DNA from: Octopus bimaculoides | Taxonomy: Eukaryota | Direction of reading: 5' to 3' | DNA: 58,801 nt | Assembly (NCBI RefSeq): GCF_001194135.2 | Contig: NC_068982.1 | Span: 75,373,200-75,432,000, forward strand | Shown here: positions 50,401 through 58,801 of the stretch, piece by piece | Layout: every line of letters begins with the position of its first letter | Numbering within the stretch: position 1 is the first letter of the stretch | Program-made: the position numbers and the translations under genes | The notes under the pieces: model-generated | The model's input: the letters and a program-made list of their open reading frames with translations, nothing else | Told to the model about the DNA's origin: nothing | The model's database searches: none

Positions 50401-50773
50401 TTTTATTTTATGATATAATTAATATATATATATATATATAATTTTTTAATTAATCTAATTAATTATAAATCTAATTAAATTAATTTTTTCCATGTTTCTT
50501 ACATGTTGGTGTTACCATTCGAAATGATTGTATGCATGGATTAAAATTTTATAAAGCTTCTAACATCTTCTCTTCTCCATCTTTAATTGTTTGTTGAGTT
50601 TATACAGGATACGTGTTCTATAAATGCTCATAACACACCTGATACTTGTAAAATTTTTATATTAAAAAAAAAAAATACAATAGTTAAGCTACAAATTTAA
50701 TATGAAGAATCTTTATTAGAAATCTAACTTTGAACCCCACCAAAGTAAAAGGATGAAATTGAACTCAACCTTT

Positions 50774-50834
<61 letters not shown>

Positions 50835-52134
50835 ACACACACACACACACACATGCATACATTAAAACTTGTTTTTCAAGGAAATTACACAGATGGCAAT
50901 TTTAACTTAATGCTATTTCAATTGCATTCACAGAGTCTTTTGTGGCTCAGCAAGTTTTCTAAAACACCAGCATATGTAACAAGTAACAAGCAGGTGCATA
51001 GCATTGTCATCTCCTCCTTGAGGAGATGTTTGGCAATATCAGGTCTTTCAGAAAACATCCTGTCCCCCTGCTGTCAGCTGTATGATTGCTATTCTGCTCC
51101 TCCCCAATAAACTTATCTTCATCATTCACTGCATCCTTCTTCTCTTCCCCTCTCTCCACTCTCCTTTTGCACTCTTGTGAACCTTCTGCTTACTCATCCT
51201 GTCCAATCCTCTGTGACATTCCATTTACATTCACCTCCTTGTACCTTGAGGGTACATACACTCTGGCAAGTCACCACCATCTTTTTTTCCATCTCTTTCC
51301 CTGACAAGTGTAACCATGTATCTCCTCTTCAGCAAGACACCTGTTTCTCACCCTCTATTTTAGTTTAACCTTTCATCACTTGGTACAAAGCCACTCCCCT
51401 TAAAAACCACTCTGCTTTTCAGCTGATAGGTCTTTGTTTTACAAGCTACTTGGTGACCTCACCAGTGCTGGTACTACATAATAAGCATCCAGAACACTCT
51501 ATCAAGTGGTTGGCATTAGGAAGAGCATCCAGCCAAAGAAACCATGCCAAAACTAACAGTAGAGCTTAGCACAATCCTCTGGCTTGCCAGCTCCTGTTAA
51601 ACCATCCAACCCATGCAAGTATGCAAAATGGTACTTAAATGATGATGATGGTAATATTACCATTGAAGAATAGCAAAGTCTGAAATGAAATTAGGCATGG
51701 CTGTGTCAATAGATAATTTGCTCTGTAACAACAGAGTTTCAAGTTCTATCTCACTGTGTGACAACCTTGGCAAGTGTCTTCTAGTGTAGCCTCAAGTTGA
51801 CTAATGCTTTATGAATGGAGTTAATAGGTGAGAAATATATAGAAACCTGTTATCTTTATATGAAACCATAGAAGCAAAAGTAGTGATGTTACCTATTTTT
51901 TATTGTTTACTTGTTTCAGTCATTAAACTGTTGCCATGCTGGGGCATCACCTTGAAGAATTTTAGTTGAACGAATCAACCCCAGACCTTGTTTTTTATCA
52001 AGTCTGGTATTTATTTTATCAGTCTCTTTTGCTGAACCACTAAGTTATAGGAGCATAAACTCACAAACACTAGTTGTCAAGCAATGGTGGGGGACAAACA
52101 GACACATACACACACATATATATATATATAAGTA

Positions 52135-52300
52135 CACGATAGGCTTCTTTCAGTTTCTGTCTACTAAATCCATTCACAAAGCTTTAGTCAGCCTGAAGCT
52201 ATAGTAGAAGACACTTGCCTAAAGTGCTACATAGTGGGACTGAACCCAGAACTATGCAGTTGGTAAGCAAGCTTCTTACCACACAGCCATGCCTGTGCCT
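52135..52300 (-). mobile_element. tRNA-derived SINE (family B)
   Basis: reverse complement of ggcatggctgtgtggtaagaagcttgct...ggttcagtcccact; related copies near 2145, 2550, 15300, 22730, 37740, 38670, 42000, 51700, 53150, 57314. Confidence 0.75.
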
Positions 52301-52609
52301 ATGGTGATAGTCCCTATTAACAAATTGTTTCTGGTAGCTTTGTACTGTCAAAGTGGAGGGAAAATCCCTTTACTTGAAAAACAGAAAAGGATTAGCAAAC
52401 AGAAGGGCATTTGGCTGTAAAAAAAATGCCTCAATAATACTTGTCCAACATATGACAGTATAGGAAATGGATAAAAATAAACCAATGAACAAACTTAAGG
52501 GCCACAGTGGGTCAGAGTTTAAGTGTAAGTGCTTTATCATCTAAACATAACCAACCATGACGGGTTGTTTAGAACATTTGAAATGATAATCTAATATTAC
52601 ACTAAACTA

Positions 52610-52820
52610 AAGGTGGTGAGCTAGCAGAATGGTTAGCATGCTGGGCAAAATGCTTGGCAGCATTTCGTCCGTTCATACATTCTGAGTTCAAATTCCACTA
52701 AGATCGACTTTGCTTTTCATCCTTTTGAGGTCAATGAAATAAATACCAGTTAATCACTGTGGTCAATGTAATCAACTGATCCCTCCCTCGAAATTGCTGG
52801 CCTTGTGCCAAAATTTGAAA
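52610..52820 (+). mobile_element. family C SINE
   Basis: ggtggtgagctagcagaatggttagc...gagttcaaattcc. Confidence 0.75.
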
Positions 52821-52926
52821 CCAATATTACATTAAACTAATGTTTGTATCTTCCAAAATTGTGCTTCTGGATCCAGCTTTCATTCTTTCATGGTTTTCTG
52901 AGAGAACCTTTGAAAAATTCACTTAC

Positions 52927-53003
52927 CCGCAAGCCACCACAGTTCCTGAAGGACCATAAGCACAGGCCATCACCCATGTTGTTGGCATGGTAACTGCATG
53001 TTC
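52927..53003 (-). CDS. GNB5: G-protein beta-5 exon EHAVTMPTTWVMACAYGPSGTVVAC(G), most 5' exon found in the window
   Basis: 77 nt, tttttag|GAA and GG|gtaagt; EHAVTMP.TWVMACAY is Gbeta5-type; the seven exons total 765 nt = 254 aa + stop. Confidence 0.95.
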
Positions 53004-54287
53004 CTAAAAAATAAAAAGAGTAAAGAAAAAGGTAATCAGGGACTAATATTTTTTATTACAATGCAGTACTCATTGTTTGCTAATTTAACAAAATAATTCC
53101 AGAAAATGAGGTCAAAGCAGAGTCTACTTCTTTTAAATTTCTTCACAACATTTAACATGAGGTTTTAGGTTCAGTCTCATTGTGTGGCACCTTGGTATAA
53201 TGCTTTGTGGGTAAATTTGACAGATGGAAACTGCATAGAAGCCTATTGTGAAACTTATGAGTGTGATGTGATCTTCCAAACCATCTAGATGAGCTGATCC
53301 CTCAAATATATGCCAACTCAAACCATGGCGACCTGTCCAAACCTTGACGACTCGTCAAACCCATACCATGCCAGCATGTAAAGTGATGATGATCATGTAT
53401 ATGTGTACACATGTTTGACTTTCACTGCTTGAGAATCACTGTTGGTTTGTTTGTATCCTCTCTAATTAAGTGGTTCAACAAAATCAAGCAAATAGAATAA
53501 ATATCATCATTTAATGTTCACTTTCCATACAGGAATGGGTGGGACAGTTTGAGAGGATCCAGTGAGCTGTAAAACCACGTTGAGTTCTAATGTCAGCTTT
53601 GGTGTGGTTTCTATAGCTGGGTGTCCTTCCTAATACCAACAACTTTACAGAATGTACTGGATGCTTTTTTTCATGTCACTGGCACTCGTGAGGTTGCCAA
53701 GTAACTTGCAAAGCAAGAAAAGAAAGGGACAGAAAGAAGGGAAAAAAAGGAGCAAAGAAAAAGAAAACCTCTTTGACTAAATGGAGTGGGTGGTTAGTAT
53801 TTGAGAAAGGGAGAGGCAATGAGTCAACGCCAGGTAGTGAGAAGCTTGAGTGTGATGGAAGAACTAGCCCAGATGTCTTGTAATACAAATAAAAGGTTGA
53901 ATAGTTGGAAAAAAGACAAAAGTAGTGATGGGATACTGGAGTTTCTCAAGATACAGTGGATTGCGGCTATTGGACTTAAATTAAGTATTAGAGTCAATTT
54001 GATTAACTAAATCATTTAAGGTAGTGCTCCAGCATGGCCAAAGCCCAATGATTGAATCAAGTAAAAGAATAAAATAATTCCAACCAATTTATATTTCACC
54101 AACTTTAGTTTATGCTTCAACATGATGAATATTTCCTTTAACTATAGGTTGGAAGCTAATGTGTTTTATATATATATNNNNNNNNNNNNNNNNNNNNNNN
54201 NNNNNNNNNNNNNNNNNNNNNNNNNNNNNNNNNNNNNNNNNNNNNNNNNNNNNNNNNNNNNNNNNNNNNNNNNNNNNNNNNNNNNNA

Positions 54288-55200
54288 TATACTAGCTGAC
54301 GTACCTGATAATTCCTGGGAAAGCGTATTCTTTGGTTCCATTCTCATAATTGTTTCACTAATCCAATAACAACAATACAAAGTATGTAGCCCTTAAAATG
54401 GTTTTTGTGCATTTACAGAGAATACCGAACTGTCTTACACAGGATCTTGTTTTTAGGAATTCCCATTAAGTTATGAATGCCCAAATTGTGAAGTCAGTTA
54501 TGTAATAACATGAAATTAGTTACCCAGTAGTAAGAATTCAAATAAAGTAGCCACAGAAAGGGCTTTAATGCGTTCCCAGAGTATATAAAGAATAGGAGGA
54601 AATACTAATAAGGTATGTATACTAAAATCGTGAAGCATGTTATGGAATAACAGACTAATCAGATATGAAATAATAACAATTCAAAGTAAATAACCCTGAA
54701 AAGGGCTTTTGCATGTTCCCAGAGAATATTACCCTCAGGGGCGCTAGTGTTGGTATATTTGTGAATATACCACTAACCAAAATAAGTGAATCTATTATTT
54801 AGGAAAATACTATTTACTTGTTTAAGGGTTGTACTGGATAAATTGCGAAAATGACTAACAGTTCAAACGCTAAGAAATAAGCATACTCAATTTCATTTTT
54901 ACCAAATAATTTAGGAAAACGGATGGGTTATTTCCCATGGCTATATATAAGGAACACTTCCAGGGGCGAATGGGTTATTTTCCTTGGGTTTTAAAATAAA
55001 ATATATTAGATATATATATAAGGATATATTCCAGGGGCCCTATTATCGATTTTTTTCAACAATCTGAGTAAGCCAGGAGATTTCCAGACAAGAGTTCTAC
55101 TCACGTGTCAAGTTTCATCAAAATCGATAAAAAGATGTGGGAGGAGTTAGCTAATAACTTCACAAACACACCCACAGACAGAATGTCCCACATATGTAGT
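54288..55200 (-). mobile_element. probable non-autonomous Helitron-type element
   Basis: minus-strand end ...gtacgtcagCTAG|T at ~54289-54293; other end aagtttcatcaaaatcg..gtgggaggagttag..acagacaga resembles Lep1/DINE-like elements; internal direct repeats. Confidence 0.5.
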
Positions 55201-55964
55201 ATGTGTGTATATATATATAATGGTGTTCGCATATTTCTGCAGGCACAGGTGACTTTGGAACTGTCATAAAATGAGTTAGTTCAAATGATGTGTAACATAA
55301 TAGCAAGAGTTCCTAGATAAGATTTGTGAGAGGCAAGACATGAGATATCAAATACATAAAAGACATACTTTAATAAGCGTTTATGATTAGTCAACTGGAA
55401 AGAGTTTTTTGGTTCACTGATTTCTTGTAATACAATCAATAAATAGTTAGGTTGGAATAATGATTGGGTTATCAATAATGTGGCCTGGAAAGCTAATGAA
55501 ACACTTGCATATGTATCTACATAGAGTCAGAAATGAGCTGTGCTGTTTTCTAGATCAATGGATCAGATCAGTAAGTATTAGAAACATACTTTTTTTTTAT
55601 ATATCAGAGATGAATAATTTTTAAGACCTAACTTTCTTTATTGGTAATGGTGAGATTTTATTTCCCTTATTTACTTGTGTATAAGAAACATGTTTTTTTA
55701 AAGATACAACTTCATTAATAAAAAAAAAATCATGTGGTAGCTTATACACACCTATACATGAAGCTAAGAAATCATGTGCAAAAAATTTCATTATCACAAA
55801 TAGCAAAATTAACCTTGAATAAATTACCTTAATTTTTAATGTATTCTCTAACACCTCTTCATTATCTCTCTTTTTCCCTTTGGAGTAGCCATATATCACG
55901 TTTATTGCAAGACATCTGTTTCTGGCTCTCTCTAGATATACTGCAGGGACATATTTCATTAAGA

Positions 55965-56170
55965 GGACAGCTGCTTAATGCATATGAATGAGGATAGCTG
56001 CTTAACGAAGTGGTAACCTATAAGTGTGGAGGGAACCTATGGAAGGGGTAGACCCAGGAAGATGTGAGATAAAGTAGTAAGAAAGAATCTTCAGATCTGG
56101 GCCTCACTGACGAATTGACAAGGGGCTGGGAAATGTGGTGATTTGTTGTACTTGAGAAGACATGTCAAGC
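55965..56170 (+). mobile_element. RTE LINE 3' fragment
   Basis: atgaatgaggatagctg...ggaaggggtagacccaggaaga matches 20020-20200. Confidence 0.75.
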
Positions 56171-58040
56171 TGAGTAAAATCGTGGCAATCCATACATACA
56201 GGTATGTCCATTGCAGGTGCCACATAAAAAGCATTCTTGCCAGTGCTAACATAGAATGCATTCATACCAGTGCCATGTAAAATGCACTCATGCCAATGCT
56301 GTGGAAATATACATGTACTGGTGGTATATAAAAAGGAACTCACAATCTGTAAAGTGGTCGGCATTAGGAAGAGCATCTAGCTATAGAAACCATACCAAAA
56401 CAGACATGGAGCCAGGCAGCTCCTGTCAAACCATCCAACTCATGCCATCATGAAAAACAGATGTTAAATGATGATGATGATAATGAAAGATACCTGCTCC
56501 TATCCTTCTATCACACTTCAACCTTTCGTCACTTGGCATAAAGCCACCTCCATTTCATTTGGTGGGGGGGGGGGTCTTGCAAATTACTTGGACACCTCAC
56601 TTGTGCCACTGGCACATAAAGAGCACCCAATATACTCTGTAAAGTGGTTGGCATTAGAAAGGCATCCAACCATAGAAACCATGCCAAAGCAGACATTGGA
56701 GTTTGGTGCCAAACCAATCAACCCATAATAACATAGGAAACAGACATTCAATAATGATGATGATGGAAACTAAGTCAGGGAAAGTTATTCTAGGTTCAAT
56801 ATTCTGAGCTAGCAGACTGACTGGAGATATATCAGAAGTGAAATCAATGACCAAAGTGATACAATGAAGTATATGGGGATGAATTGAATAAGAAATAATT
56901 TACATAACAGTCTCGATAATATGTATTCTTCTAACCCATGATGGCAAGGGAAAAAATGGAAATAAAACAAATGTCCTATCATATGAACAATTTATAACAT
57001 TGCCCCTGGCTGAAGATTGCTTAACAAAAATATATATTGGTACAATATAAAATATCAAAAGACAATAAAACCATCAAATCAGTATCTCATACTTTGTAAT
57101 CTATATTTTTTTAAATTTTGAACATAAAAGCCTACCAAAAATAATCATGATAATGGTTAAGTTACCATCTTTAATGCTGTCTGTGGAATATGTCAAAAAG
57201 AAATAGGTTAGCCAATTCTATTTAACTATGTGCATCATGTAATAAAAAAAAAATCATTCTCCCTCTAAAGTTACAGTTAAAGAATGCAAACTTATAGTAT
57301 TTACTGGATTTAGGCATGGCTGTGTGGCTGAAAAGTTTGCTTCCCAACCATGGGGTTTCAGGTTCAGTCCCATGGGACCTAGGGAAAGTGTCAACCCAGG
57401 CTGTAACCCTGGGCCCACTAAAGCCCTGTAAGCAGATTTGGTAAATTTAGTCGATGGAAACTGAAAGAAACTCAATGTCATTTATTTTCCAATATTCTGT
57501 GAAATAATGTCTGGCTATGGGGAAATATCACCTGGCTTGGAAACATAAGGGCATCCAACCATTGAAAATCTGCCTCAACAAATTCTGTCTGACCCATTCA
57601 ATCAGGGAAAAGTGGATGTTAAAATAATGACGATGGTCTGGTCAATTCAGACAATAAATAAATATTATTTATTAAGGTTATCTCTATAGATATTCTATAG
57701 CACTGATTTTTGCTACAATGTTTTGTATTGAAATGTCAGATGTAAACAATGAAATCGAAGATGAAAACAGATAATGGGCGTATATACCATACTTTGGGAG
57801 TTTTGCCTCTTCATCAGCATCCATCTAACCCATTAATCATTCTTAAACACACTGCTTAAATATCCAATATATCTTGTGGTGTGTAGTAATTGGATATACC
57901 AATTCACATATTAAACACATTCCTGGAACTGGTACATAAATATTAATGATTTGTAGGTACATGGTATTTCCTTATGCAACCATAATATACTATAATAAAA
58001 GCTGTTGGAAAACCAAATATAGCAGCGACTCCATCTAAGA

Positions 58041-58077
58041 ATATCTGAAGAAGGAATTGTATTCCGAAATATCATCA
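58041..58077 (+). ncRNA. minimal type I hammerhead-like motif, core intact
   Basis: CTGAAGA-A-GGAAT-TGT-ATTCC-GAAA-TATC; stem I short or imperfect; same family as the 34.2-kb motif. Confidence 0.6.
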
Positions 58078-58620
58078 GACTATGGATAACTAAATTACCA
58101 CAGGTATATAGTCCATTTTTTGTATTATAGTGCATTGTTGTACTATTCAAACTTTTTATTCTTTACATACTTTAAAGTATATTAAAGGTTTATATAAGTC
58201 AATACCACATTCTACTGCACCAGCAGTGCACTTTCTACATTATTTATTAAGGTTATCTCTATAGATATTTTAAGCAATGCGTTTGAGGATGATTAATGAG
58301 TTAGATAGGTGCTCATGAAGGGGCACAAACCTCAGATATATGTTAGCTATGTATACAAGTTATCCCTCTCTATACCACTGATGTTTATCCAAGAGAAAAG
58401 CCTCCAACTCAGGCTAATACAGATTGGCATTAGTATTGTTGCATACATTGCTGTCAGAATTCAAAGAGGTAGAATAGACACAAGCAAGGCATCCAGCTTG
58501 ATCCTCTGATAGTTCTGCCAACCCATAATACTGTGAGTACAGAAAGTCAAAACAAACACCACAAGGTATTCCATCCAATGCTTTGACCACCCTGCCAATT
58601 CACTGCCTTAAACAAATGTA

Positions 58621-58801
58621 TCTATCATCATCATCGTTTAACGTCCGCCTTCCATGCTAGCATGGGTTGGACGATTTGACTGAGGACTGGTGAAACCGGA
58701 TGGCAACACCAGGCTCCAATCTAATTTGGCAGAGTTTCTACAGCTGGATGCCCTTCCTAACGCCAACCACTCAGAGAGTGTAGTGGGTGGTTTTACGTGT
58801 C
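58621..58801 (-). mobile_element. family A repeat, runs off the window
   Basis: catcatcatcgtttaacgtccgccttccatgctagcatggg. Confidence 0.85.

Noticed and set aside
57008-57045. CTGAAGA-TTGCTTAACA-AAAA-TATATA hammerhead-like string
   Set aside because: GAAA is damaged, there is no stem I and no inverted partner; it could be chance.
53004-58801. Search for the next upstream GNB5 exon (DGKVIVWD..TTNK-like)
   Set aside because: No matching minus-strand sequence found by eye; it probably lies beyond the window.

Overview
AT-rich animal genomic DNA with many (TA)n/(CA)n microsatellites and 8 N gaps; the repeat landscape looks like an octopod cephalopod (inference from pattern recognition, not searched). 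Genes: (1) seven minus-strand exons (53003 to 37421) encode the C-terminal 254 aa of G-protein beta-5 (GNB5); splice phases join and the 5' exons lie beyond the window. (2) The 3' end of an unidentified plus-strand gene with Ser/Thr/Asn-rich exons (680-7429). (3) A weak candidate minus-strand gene or pseudogene near 13.9-14.9 kb. Mobile DNA: a decayed Penelope-like element (RT + GIY-YIG), a near-full-length decayed RTE LINE with a nested SINE, a Helitron helicase remnant, piggyBac-type MITEs and several SINE families. The main unexplained pattern is about ten short inverted repeats whose arms each carry a mostly decayed hammerhead-ribozyme core, from at least four sequence families. One family has the compensatory U3-A8 core. 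I read these as foldback relics of Penelope-like elements; none has been tested for activity. Most short ORFs in the supplied track are microsatellite or repeat artefacts.
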